Source: Nanobdellota archaeon
GTDB taxonomy: Archaea > Nanobdellota > Nanobdellia > Pacearchaeales > GW2011-AR1
Direction of reading: 5' to 3'
Assembly: GCA_022703705.1 (NCBI GenBank)
Contig: JAKLDD010000002.1
Span: 4,597 to 68,596 of the forward strand
DNA: 64,000 nucleotides
In this document: positions 49,190 to 57,452 of the stretch, piece by piece
How positions within the stretch are numbered: position 1 is the stretch's first letter
Layout of the letters: each line of letters begins with the position of its first letter
Notes under the pieces: generated by a model
The model's database searches: none
Told to the model about the DNA's origin: nothing
What the model saw: only the letters and a program-made list of their open reading frames with translations
Position numbers and translations under genes: made by a program

Positions 49190-49756
49190 ATGAGAAATAA
49201 AATAAAACACATAATAAAAGAAAAAAGAGGGGCAGAAAAATATTTGTCTCTTTACTGGTTTTTTATTTTAATGTTAATTGCTTTGGGGGTTTTTATAATG
49301 ACTTATAATTATTATGGTGCCCCTTATGATATAAGAAAAGTAGAATCAGAAATATTGGCAAATAAAATTGCAGATTGCATTTCAAATCAAGGAAGAATAA
49401 ATCCTGATTTTTTTATTGAAAAAAATTTGAATTCGGCAATTTCAGATACTTTTCTTGAAAAGTGTAAAATTAATTTAGATGTTGAAGAAGGATACCCCGA
49501 GGATTCTCTTCCCCCTTACTTTTTTGAAGTTGAATTTTATAGAATAGAGGATGTATCTAAGTCTGCTCTTACAATATTTGAAGGTAATTTAAATTTGAAA
49601 GCAGATTGTCTTATTAATGAAGAAAATAATAAAAATTTTAGAGTGCTTTCAAAATGCACAGAGAGAAGGTTTTATGCTGTGGATGATTCTTCAAATCAAT
49701 ATTTAATTAAAATATTATCATCTGTAAAGAAAAATGAAAAAAATATTAAGATATAA
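49190..49756 (+). CDS. pilin-like protein (KEKRG|AEKYLSLYWFFILMLIALGVFIM)
   Basis: Class III-like signal; 5 Cys. Confidence 0.6.
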   Translation: MRNKIKHIIKEKRGAEKYLSLYWFFILMLIALGVFIMTYNYYGAPYDIRKVESEILANKIADCISNQGRINPDFFIEKNLNSAISDTFLEKCKINLDVEEGYPEDSLPPYFFEVEFYRIEDVSKSALTIFEGNLNLKADCLINEENNKNFRVLSKCTERRFYAVDDSSNQYLIKILSSVKKNEKNIKI

Positions 49757-50087
49757 TAAAAATTGTAAGGCTCAAATAGGAGAAACTTTAACTTGGGTAA
49801 TTGCAACCTTAATTATTGCTTTGATTTTGGTTGCATTCATTATTGCTTCTGCTACTTTGGGCAAAGCCAAGAATTTGACATCAAGCAGGAAAGTGGAAAT
49901 TGGAGATTCAAAAATAGATTTAATAAAAACAAAAACAGAAATTGCGTATACTATTAATAATGAAAATAAAAGTAAAATTGAGGGGTGGATTGCTTTGGAA
50001 AATTTCTTTGAGAAGGAAAATTCGGTTGATTTTGAAGGTTATGGAGGAGGAGATGCTGGCGGTGGAGGAGCAGGAAATGAATGGTAA
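49734..50087 (+). CDS. pilin-like protein (NCKAQ|IGETLTWVIATLIIALILVAFII) with Gly-rich C-terminus
   Basis: KAQ-type cleavage motif. C-terminus GYGGGDAGGGGAGNEW. Overlaps both neighbouring genes. Confidence 0.55.
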   Translation: MKKILRYNKNCKAQIGETLTWVIATLIIALILVAFIIASATLGKAKNLTSSRKVEIGDSKIDLIKTKTEIAYTINNENKSKIEGWIALENFFEKENSVDFEGYGGGDAGGGGAGNEW

Positions 50088-50382
50088 AATAATAAACAAA
50101 AGAATGAATAAAAGAGGAGATTTGCCTGTAACTATACTTGTTATTGGTGTTCTTGTTGTTTGCACACTTGCATTTGTTAGTTTTTTGCATTCTTCTTCCA
50201 AAGTTGGAAAAGTTTTTCAGGGAATTGATTTAATAGAAGAAGCAAATGCAAAAATAGAAGCAGGAAATTTAGACACTTTTTATATTGAAAAAAAAGTAAA
50301 TAAATTTTCCCCCAGTTTTGAAGGGGAAGATTTTTCTTGGAAAAAAGAAAAAATTATTCTTTCAGTAGAATATAACCCTTAA
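50077..50382 (+). CDS. pilin-like protein (MNKRG|DLPVTILVIGVLVVCTLAFVSFL)
   Basis: Start at MNGK (50077) or MNKRG (50101). The track ORF 49942.. has a spurious N-terminal extension. Confidence 0.6.
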   Translation: MNGKIINKRMNKRGDLPVTILVIGVLVVCTLAFVSFLHSSSKVGKVFQGIDLIEEANAKIEAGNLDTFYIEKKVNKFSPSFEGEDFSWKKEKIILSVEYNP

Positions 50383-50458
50383 TTTATTTTTTGGATTTAA
50401 TTTTAATGGAATATTAAAAACCAATAAAGTTTATAAATGCTTTAATCTTTTTGAATAA

Positions 50459-51061
50459 ATGAAGTTTGAAGTAAAGAGGTTTATGCTTGCATTGTTTTTT
50501 GCATTGTTCATATTTAGTTTATTTGGAAGTTTAAATTTGATTTCTGCTGCAGAACCATCTAATTCTGGAGGAGATACAACATATAATTTTTATAATGATA
50601 GAATTGTTAATACAGACGAAGGGGCAGGGAAAATTCTTGGGTTTTTGAATTTAACAGGAACTTGGAGAGAAATACTTTTAGGATTTCTTATTTTATTAAT
50701 AATATTTGCAGCAATGTATGATATTTTGCAACTTATTTCTATTTTTCAAAGTAAGTGGGTTATTCTATTAATTGCTTTTGCAATTGCTCTTGCAGCAGCT
50801 TTGACTAATTTTGTTCATAAAATGGCAGTATTGCTTACACAGATTTTAGCTGGATTAGGAGCAGCAGCAATCTTTGTTGAAATCGCAATATGCATAGTTA
50901 TTTTTGTTGGATTATCCTTTGGAAGTACCTGGATTGGAAAATGGGCTGCAAAAAGAAAAGGGAATGTAGAAGAGATTAAAGCAATAAAGAGTGCTGGACA
51001 AGCTAAAGCAGCTATAAGAGGAATGAGAGAGATACAGGAAGAATTTAGAAGAAAAAGTTAA
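50459..51061 (+). CDS. Sec-signal polytopic membrane protein, family member 3 of 4
   Basis: Signal ..SLNLISA|AEP. Motif FAAMYDILQLISIFQSKWVILLIAFAIALAAAL. Basic cytoplasmic tail. Confidence 0.65.
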   Translation: MKFEVKRFMLALFFALFIFSLFGSLNLISAAEPSNSGGDTTYNFYNDRIVNTDEGAGKILGFLNLTGTWREILLGFLILLIIFAAMYDILQLISIFQSKWVILLIAFAIALAAALTNFVHKMAVLLTQILAGLGAAAIFVEIAICIVIFVGLSFGSTWIGKWAAKRKGNVEEIKAIKSAGQAKAAIRGMREIQEEFRRKS

Positions 51062-51102
51062 ATCTCTATAAAATTTAAAAAGTCTTTTTAATTGTTTATT
51101 GC

Positions 51103-51762
51103 ATGGTGTTAAAAAAGAGAAATTTTTTTAAATTATTTTTTGTAGTATTTTTTATCTGGATTTTTTTAGCGCAGATTTCAATTTTATCTGCAGATTTAAC
51201 AACAGATATTGCAAATGGAGATGCTGATTATCTTACAGATTCAAGCAAATGGAGTAATTTAACTCAGAATTGGAAGCAGGGTATTCTAAGCACAGGAGTT
51301 TTTTCTGGAATTGATTCTTTTTTTAAAAAATTAAATCCTTTTTTTTCAGTTATTTTTGGAGACCCTTATAGTTTATCGTTTTTTTTCTTTTTTGTGCTTG
51401 TGCTTTGGTTTTGGTTTTTTGCTCAATTTAGAAAATTATTAGGAATGACTCTTTTTTCAAAATGGGTTGTATTGCTTATTGGATTTGCTCTTACAATTAT
51501 GGTTGCCCAACTGGGATTATTTAGGGGGCTTTCAAGTCTTTTTGTTAGAATAATATTTATTCCAAATAAGCCTTGGTTAGGAATTGTATTTTTCTTTTTG
51601 ATAATTTTTATTTTATCATTTATATCAAGATTAGGTAAAATGATTGAAAAAAAGTTGAAAAAGAGCAGGGAAGATTTGGAAAAAGAAAAAGAGAAAATAA
51701 ACAGAAAAACGTTGAGCACAATTACAGACTCTGCCAGCAAGATGTTTTTGAGAGATAAATAA
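51103..51762 (+). CDS. Sec-signal polytopic membrane protein, family member 4 of 4
   Basis: Signal ..ISILSA|DLT. Motif FFAQFRKLLGMTLFSKWVVLLIGFALTIMVAQL. Charged coiled tail. Confidence 0.65.
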   Translation: MVLKKRNFFKLFFVVFFIWIFLAQISILSADLTTDIANGDADYLTDSSKWSNLTQNWKQGILSTGVFSGIDSFFKKLNPFFSVIFGDPYSLSFFFFFVLVLWFWFFAQFRKLLGMTLFSKWVVLLIGFALTIMVAQLGLFRGLSSLFVRIIFIPNKPWLGIVFFFLIIFILSFISRLGKMIEKKLKKSREDLEKEKEKINRKTLSTITDSASKMFLRDK

Positions 51763-51821
51763 GAAATATTTATAAACGCAACTTTGCTTTATAATTTATA
51801 AATAGCAGAAAAATAAAAGAG

Positions 51822-52154
51822 ATGACAATGAAAAACAAAAAAGCACAGGAGATGAGCACAGGGGCAATTGCATTAATAATTCTTGCAGTAATAGTATTGG
51901 TTGTTTTAGTTTTGGGATTTAGCATGGGGTGGGATAAAATTATTCCTTGGTTAAAATCAAATAATATAGAATCAGTAAGAACTGCTTGTTCTATTGCATG
52001 CACTACTGGGGGAACTTATGATTTTTGCAGTGCTCAAAGAGATATTAAAGACGGGACTCTTGATAAATATAAATCAACTTGCAATCAATTAGTCACAAGT
52101 CATCCTGAATATGGAATAGAGCTTTGCCCTTCTATAACTTGTCCTTCTTCTTAA
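51822..52154 (+). CDS. candidate major pilin (KNKKAQ|EMSTGAIALIILAVIVLVVLVLGF), 6 Cys, own promoter
   Basis: TATA-like tttataaa at 51795-51802 fits a leaderless start at the second ATG (51828). Small (108-110 aa), with a Cys-rich globular part. Confidence 0.65.
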   Translation: MTMKNKKAQEMSTGAIALIILAVIVLVVLVLGFSMGWDKIIPWLKSNNIESVRTACSIACTTGGTYDFCSAQRDIKDGTLDKYKSTCNQLVTSHPEYGIELCPSITCPSS

Positions 52155-52163
52155 TAATTTAAA

Positions 52164-52286
52164 ATGTCCTCTGATTATTCTTCTGGTTGCGAAAAGAGAA
52201 ATAAAGGCAAGAGCAAACGCAAGGAAAAGAAAAAACACCCGTATTCTAAGGGTGGAAAGCATAGAAGTGCTAATATAAAGAAGTGA
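52164..52286 (+). CDS. highly basic 40-aa peptide (hypothetical)
   Basis: Hand translation: MSSDYSSGCEKRNKGKSKRKEKKKHPYSKGGKHRSANIKK*. Locally less AT-rich than the flanks. Confidence 0.3.
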   Translation: MSSDYSSGCEKRNKGKSKRKEKKKHPYSKGGKHRSANIKK

Positions 52287-52320
52287 TTAGTTTTATAAAA
52301 TATCTTTTCTTTTTATTTGA

Positions 52321-53148
52321 ATGATAGAGGTGATTTTTTTAATTGCTCTTGGATTAATATGGATTATTTTTGCAGTTTTGCAAGACTTAAAAAAAAGGGA
52401 GATTGCTAATTGGCTTAATTTTTCACTTATAATTTTTGCGCTTGGATTTCGTTTTTTTTATTGTTTATTTTCTGGAACTGATTTTAATTTTTTCTATTAT
52501 GGATTAATGGGATTTGCAATTTTTTTTATTTTAGGGAATGTATTTTATTATAGTAAAATCTTTGCAGGGGGAGATGCAAAATTAATGATTGCTCTTGGGG
52601 GGGTTCTTCCTTTAACCGGAACTATTAATGGAAATCTTAATCTATTTCTTATCTTTATACTTCTTTTTTTAATTGTGGGAGCAATTTATGGATTTTTATT
52701 TAGTGTTATTCTTGTAATAAAGAATTTTAAAAAGTTTAAAAAAGAATTTTTAAAGAATTTTTCAAAAAATAAAAAACTCTTTTATTTGGCACTTGTAATA
52801 TGTGCGATATTAATTTTTGTTTCTTTTTTCTTAGAATTAGTAATTTATCTTGCAGTTATTGCTTTTATTTTCCCTTATCTTTATTTTTCAGCAAAATCCT
52901 TAGATGAGACGTGTATGATTAAAGAAATTTCTACTAAAAAACTAACCGAAGGGGATTGGCTTTATCGCGGAGTAAGAGTAAAAAATAGGTTCATAAAATA
53001 TACATGGGATGGATTGACTAAAGAAGAAATACAAATCCTAAAAAAAACAGACAAAAAAGTTTTGATAAGGCAAGGAATTCCATTCAGTCCAGTATTCCTT
53101 ATAGCATACCTTGTTTGGTTTTATTTTTTTATTAGAACTTTTTATTAA
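52321..53148 (+). CDS. prepilin/preflagellin peptidase (A24 family, PibD/FlaK-like)
   Basis: First Asp context AVLQDLKKREI, second Asp motif FAGGDAKLMIALGG; polytopic. Confidence 0.85.
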   Translation: MIEVIFLIALGLIWIIFAVLQDLKKREIANWLNFSLIIFALGFRFFYCLFSGTDFNFFYYGLMGFAIFFILGNVFYYSKIFAGGDAKLMIALGGVLPLTGTINGNLNLFLIFILLFLIVGAIYGFLFSVILVIKNFKKFKKEFLKNFSKNKKLFYLALVICAILIFVSFFLELVIYLAVIAFIFPYLYFSAKSLDETCMIKEISTKKLTEGDWLYRGVRVKNRFIKYTWDGLTKEEIQILKKTDKKVLIRQGIPFSPVFLIAYLVWFYFFIRTFY

Positions 53149-53151
53149 AAA

Positions 53152-53799
53152 TTAAGGAATTCTTTTTGGAATCAAAATTTTTTGTTCTTTTATTTTGCTT
53201 ATTTTCGCTTTTTTTATTTTTTTTGGTTTTGATTTCTTCTCAATAATTTTCTGCAATTCTTCAAGCTCTTCTTTTGAAGCAGGATTTCTTTTTGAAGTTA
53301 AAGATTCTTTATCATAAACAGGCAAAACTTGAACTATTGTTTCTCCTAAGATAACTGAAGAAGAAATGATTGTTTCTTTTGGCTTGAAATAAGAAGTTAT
53401 TCTCTTAGATACTTTTTTTGCAAGAGTAAATAAAGAAGAGGGTATTTTTTCTGAATCTTTTATTGGTTTTTTTGGAATTATTATTGTGTGAGCCTTGGAT
53501 ATTGGATTTATTTCAAGGACTGCAATAGAATCCTTGTTTTCTTCTATGAGGTAGGACGGAATTTTTTTTTCAATAATTAGCCTGAAAGGATTTTCATTTT
53601 GAATATTTGGTTGGGATTCATTTGTTTCATCTGAAGAATCTATCAATTTATTCTTTTTTAAAAATTCAAGAAATTGCTCATCATTCATTTCTTCAACTTG
53701 CTTTATTGCAGAAATTTTTTTGTCTTCAGGAAAAGTAGATTCAATTTGTGAAATTATCTGTTTTTTTAGACTTTTAATTTGTTCATTATTTATGTCCAT
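53152..53799 (-). CDS. HIT-fold protein lacking the histidine triad, with N- and C-terminal extensions
   Basis: FRLIIEKKIPSYLIEENKDSIAVLEINPISKAHTIIIPKKP matches the HIT N-terminal half. GETIVQVLPVY sits where HxHxHxx is expected. Confidence 0.5.
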   Translation of the reverse strand: MDINNEQIKSLKKQIISQIESTFPEDKKISAIKQVEEMNDEQFLEFLKKNKLIDSSDETNESQPNIQNENPFRLIIEKKIPSYLIEENKDSIAVLEINPISKAHTIIIPKKPIKDSEKIPSSLFTLAKKVSKRITSYFKPKETIISSSVILGETIVQVLPVYDKESLTSKRNPASKEELEELQKIIEKKSKPKKIKKAKISKIKEQKILIPKRIP

Positions 53800-53830
53800 T
53801 CTATCAATAAAGAAAAAGGATTAATAAGTT

Positions 53831-54103
53831 TTATGCAATTTTACGCATATCAATTGTTTGAACTGACTGAACATTTTCAATATTTCCCAATTTTTCTTCT
53901 AAATATTCTATTTCTTTTTCTTCTGGCCATTCAAAAAAAGCAATAATTGCTTTAAGCCCAAATGCTATTGGTTCTATTTCATATTGTCTGTTAAATCCCC
54001 CTTCACCGCCCACAATTTCTTTTGCTTTATCTTCTATTTCTTTTAAATTTACTTCTGGTGAAGTTGGCATAATTTTTATTTTTATCCCGGCAATTCCAGT
54101 CAT
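53831..54103 (-). CDS. translation elongation factor aEF-1 beta
   Basis: IKIKIMPTSPEVNL..IEPIAFGLKAI..VQSVQTIDMRKI. Confidence 0.88.
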   Translation of the reverse strand: MTGIAGIKIKIMPTSPEVNLKEIEDKAKEIVGGEGGFNRQYEIEPIAFGLKAIIAFFEWPEEKEIEYLEEKLGNIENVQSVQTIDMRKIA

Positions 54104-54210
54104 AAGTTAAAATAATTTAAGGGGTTTATAAAGTTTGAGATTTTAACCTGCTTTTTTGTATTGATTTTTAGTATCACAATACTTATAAAATAGGGTTATT
54201 TTTTTTGGTA

Positions 54211-55137
54211 ATGGTGATTGGAAATTATGAAAAATTGGTGGAGAAAATTGCAAAATCTTCGGGGTTAAGTAAAGAGGAGATAAATAGAAAAATTGAGGCT
54301 AAAAGGGCAAAACTTTCTGGTTTAATTAGTTCTGATGGTGCTGCACAAATAGTTGCTGCAGAGTTGGGGGTAAATTTTGAGAATGAAAAATTAAAGATTG
54401 ATGAATTGCTGCCTGGGATGAGAAAGATTAACACTTGTGGAAAAATAATAACTCTTTCTCCTATAAGAACATTTAAAACACAAAAAGGAGATGAGGGGAG
54501 AGTTTTGAATTGCATTATTGCTGATGATACTTCTAATATAAAAGTTGTTTTTTGGGATACAAATCATATTTCTTTAATTGAAAATGGGGAAATCAAACAA
54601 AATGATGTAATTGAAATCACTAATGCCTCTATGAGAGATAGCGAGTTACATCTTGGAAGTTTTTCAGAAGTAAAAAAAAGCAATAAAGATATTGAAAATG
54701 TAAAATCAGAAAAAGTTGTTAAAGAAAAGAAAATAAAAAACTTTAAGGTTGGAGATTCGGTGCTTTTAAGAGCATTTATTGTTCAGGTTTTTCAACCCAA
54801 ATTTTTTGAGGTTAGCAAAGAGACAGGAAAAAAATTAACTGAAGAAGAAAAAGCGCAGGGAATTTCTGCAGATAAACGCGCTTTAATCAATCTTGTTTTA
54901 GATGATGGGACAGAAACTATTAGGGCTGTTTTATTTAATGAAAATATTTCTGCATTGGGATTGAGTAACTTAGAAGATAAAGAAAAATTATCCTTTCAGA
55001 TTGAAGATTTATTAGGCAAAGAGTTATTATTTTCAGGAAATGTAAGAAAAAATAATTTCTTCAATAATGAGGAATTTATAGTTGATTCTGTAAAAGAAGT
55101 TAATTTAGATGAATTAGTTGCCCAATTGGAAGCTTAA
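54211..55137 (+). CDS. RPA/SSB-like OB-fold single-stranded DNA-binding protein
   Basis: N-terminal helical domain (KIAKSSGLSKEEINRKIEAKRAKLSGLISSDGAAQIVAAELGV), then two OB-like modules (INTCGKIITLSPIRTF..VLNCIIADDTSNIKVVFWD). TATA at 54183-54190 fits a leaderless ATG at 54211. Confidence 0.7.
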   Translation: MVIGNYEKLVEKIAKSSGLSKEEINRKIEAKRAKLSGLISSDGAAQIVAAELGVNFENEKLKIDELLPGMRKINTCGKIITLSPIRTFKTQKGDEGRVLNCIIADDTSNIKVVFWDTNHISLIENGEIKQNDVIEITNASMRDSELHLGSFSEVKKSNKDIENVKSEKVVKEKKIKNFKVGDSVLLRAFIVQVFQPKFFEVSKETGKKLTEEEKAQGISADKRALINLVLDDGTETIRAVLFNENISALGLSNLEDKEKLSFQIEDLLGKELLFSGNVRKNNFFNNEEFIVDSVKEVNLDELVAQLEA

Positions 55138-55191
55138 TATATCTTTTAAAGAACAGATTTCTTTTTAAAAGAAGAGTAGTTGCTGTTTATT

Positions 55192-55533
55192 ATGAGAAAA
55201 GAGCATTATAAAGAATTTAATAAGGAAGTCGATTTTGATACCCCTCAAGTTAATTCCCAGTATGGTAAAATTTTAAGACTTATGCAAAGATATTCTGGAG
55301 ACAATTCTTCTGTGGATTCAGGACTAATGTTAACTGGAGCATTTTATATACCAAAAAAAGAAGAAATTATTCCTTGCCTATTTGGGACACTATATAATGG
55401 AAAAATATTTAGCGAAATAGAATACTCTAAATCACAGATTCAAGAAAATGCAAATTTGAGAGTTAAATCTTGGTGTAAAAATAAGAGAACTCTTGATAAA
55501 TTTGTTTTAGATTTAGGAAAAGCATTTTCTTGA
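55192..55533 (+). CDS. hypothetical protein (113 aa)
   Basis: ORF with no recognised motif. The track start at 55180 is TTG. Confidence 0.5.
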   Translation: MRKEHYKEFNKEVDFDTPQVNSQYGKILRLMQRYSGDNSSVDSGLMLTGAFYIPKKEEIIPCLFGTLYNGKIFSEIEYSKSQIQENANLRVKSWCKNKRTLDKFVLDLGKAFS

Positions 55534-55570
55534 GCAGTTTTTTTAATATATATTTATTACACAAATAATC

Positions 55571-55578
55571 TTTATAAA
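55571..55578 (+). promoter_or_regulatory. TATA box (tttataaa) for radA, leaderless spacing
   Basis: 22-29 nt upstream of the ATG at 55600. Confidence 0.5.
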
Positions 55579-55599
55579 GAGGGGGTATTTTGGAGAGAG

Positions 55600-56631
55600 A
55601 TGGTAGTTAAAAAAGAAGATATAGAAGAAGAAAAAGAGGTTGAAGGAAAAGAAGAAAAGAAATCCAAAAAGAAAGGGGACAAAGAATTAACTTTGATTGA
55701 TTTGCCTGGAATAGGGCCAGCTGTTGCTGCTAAGCTTGAAGGAGCAGGAATTTTTGATTTAATGTCTTTAGCTGTTGCAAGTCCTGCTGTAATATCTGAT
55801 ATTTCTGGTGTAAGCCCTGCTGTTGCACGAAAGGCTATACAGGCTGCACGTGAGATGCTTGATTTAGGATTTCAGGATGGGGTGGAATATGCTCAAAGAA
55901 GATCTAATGTTTCATACATAACTACAGGAAGTAAAAATTTTGATGAACTTTTGGGTGGGAGAGGAATTGAAAGCAGAGCTATTACAGAAGCTTTTGGGGC
56001 ATATGGTTCTGGTAAGACTCAGCTGGGGTTGACCTTAAGTGTAAGAGTTCAGTTACCAGTTGAGCAGGGAGGTGCAAATGGGAAAGCAGTGTTTATAGAT
56101 ACAGAAGGAACATTTAGACCTGCTAGAATAAAACAAATTTCAGATGCATTAGGAGCAAATTCTGAAAAGGTTCTTAAAAATATTTTTGTTGCAAGAGCCT
56201 TTAACTCAGATCATCAAATGTTGCTTTTGGAGAAAGTTACTGAGATGGTTAAATCTGGAGAACCAATTAAACTTCTTATTGTAGATTCTTTAACAGCTCA
56301 TTTTAGGGCAGAATTTGCAGGAAGAGGGCAGTTAGCAGACAGGCAACAGAAATTGAATAGATATATGCACGATTTAATGAAATTAGCTGAAACTTATAAT
56401 TTAGCAGTTTATGTTACAAATCAAGTTATGGCAAATCCTGCACAGATGTTTGGAGATCCAACAACCGCTATTGGAGGAAATATTGTTGGACACGCATCTA
56501 CTTACAGATTATATTTGAGAAGAGGAAAACAAGGTTCTAGGGTTGCTAAATTAATTGACTCGCCAAATCTACCCGATAATGAGACAGTGTATTATGTTAC
56601 CGCTGGTGGTGTTAGTGATAAGGAGGAGTGA
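55600..56631 (+). CDS. radA: DNA repair and recombination protein RadA
   Basis: N-terminal HhH LPGIGPAVAAKLEGAG, Walker A GAYGSGKTQ, Walker B LLIVDS; typical length. Confidence 0.95.
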   Translation: MVVKKEDIEEEKEVEGKEEKKSKKKGDKELTLIDLPGIGPAVAAKLEGAGIFDLMSLAVASPAVISDISGVSPAVARKAIQAAREMLDLGFQDGVEYAQRRSNVSYITTGSKNFDELLGGRGIESRAITEAFGAYGSGKTQLGLTLSVRVQLPVEQGGANGKAVFIDTEGTFRPARIKQISDALGANSEKVLKNIFVARAFNSDHQMLLLEKVTEMVKSGEPIKLLIVDSLTAHFRAEFAGRGQLADRQQKLNRYMHDLMKLAETYNLAVYVTNQVMANPAQMFGDPTTAIGGNIVGHASTYRLYLRRGKQGSRVAKLIDSPNLPDNETVYYVTAGGVSDKEE

Positions 56632-56639
56632 AAAATAAA

Positions 56640-56933
56640 ATGGGAAGACTTGAAATACCATTAATTAATACTTATCTTAGAATAGATTTAAGCATTAAAC
56701 AAGTTCCTAAAGGAAAAAGCTTGGTCAAAGAATTAACTGATTTTTTTGATAAGCATAAAATTGCTGGAATAAAAATTAAATCATTTGAAATTGATGATCA
56801 TTGCAACGTTCATCCAGATTTGCAAGGAAGAAAATTGTCTGCAGAAGATAATTATGAAGAAGAAATAAGATCGATCGGAAGAAAATACTGTATTGATAAT
56901 TTACAATTTTATATTGGATGTTATGGGAAATAA
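56640..56933 (+). CDS. hypothetical protein (97 aa)
   Basis: ORF. The ATG at 56640 is preferred over the GTG at 56628. Confidence 0.5.
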   Translation: MGRLEIPLINTYLRIDLSIKQVPKGKSLVKELTDFFDKHKIAGIKIKSFEIDDHCNVHPDLQGRKLSAEDNYEEEIRSIGRKYCIDNLQFYIGCYGK

Positions 56934-56946
56934 TCTTTTTAGTATT

Positions 56947-57399
56947 TTATTCAACCAATTCGTCCTTGTCAAACCAGATAGATATTTCTTTTTCTCCGTT
57001 TTCAGGTGAGTCTGATGCATGAATTACATTATCAATGTTCTTTGTCTTTGAGTTTACTTTACCATATCTTCCCCTTAAGCTTATTGGATCTGCTTCATCA
57101 GGATACTTAAGACCTATGTACTCTCTTAGTTTTTGTACTGCGTTTTCCCCGTTATAAGCAATCGCAATAATTGAATGAACATTATGATATTCTCCCATAA
57201 TATATTTTAATAAATCAGGATAAAATGGTTTTTCTTTATGCACTTCATAATGTTTTTCTGCCAAATGTTTTTGAACACTAACTAACTTTAATCCAATCAT
57301 TTTAAGTTTTAGTTGGGATAAATCATGAATAATTATTCCTGAAAGGTTCCTTGCCATAGCGTCGGGTTTTATTAAAACCAAAACTTTTTCTTCTGTCAT
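56947..57399 (-). CDS. ndk: nucleoside diphosphate kinase
   Basis: LVLIKPDAMARNL.., NVIHASDSPENGEKEI. Confidence 0.9.
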   Translation of the reverse strand: MTEEKVLVLIKPDAMARNLSGIIIHDLSQLKLKMIGLKLVSVQKHLAEKHYEVHKEKPFYPDLLKYIMGEYHNVHSIIAIAYNGENAVQKLREYIGLKYPDEADPISLRGRYGKVNSKTKNIDNVIHASDSPENGEKEISIWFDKDELVE

Positions 57400-57452
57400 T
57401 GTAAGTATATTTTTATAATATAGTTTAAAAAGTTTTGTTTATACTCTTGAAG

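Noticed and set aside
49942-50076. N-terminal 45 aa of track ORF 49942..50382
   Set aside because: This part overlaps the preceding pilin-like gene in another frame. The class III signal begins at MNGK/MNKRG (50077/50101).
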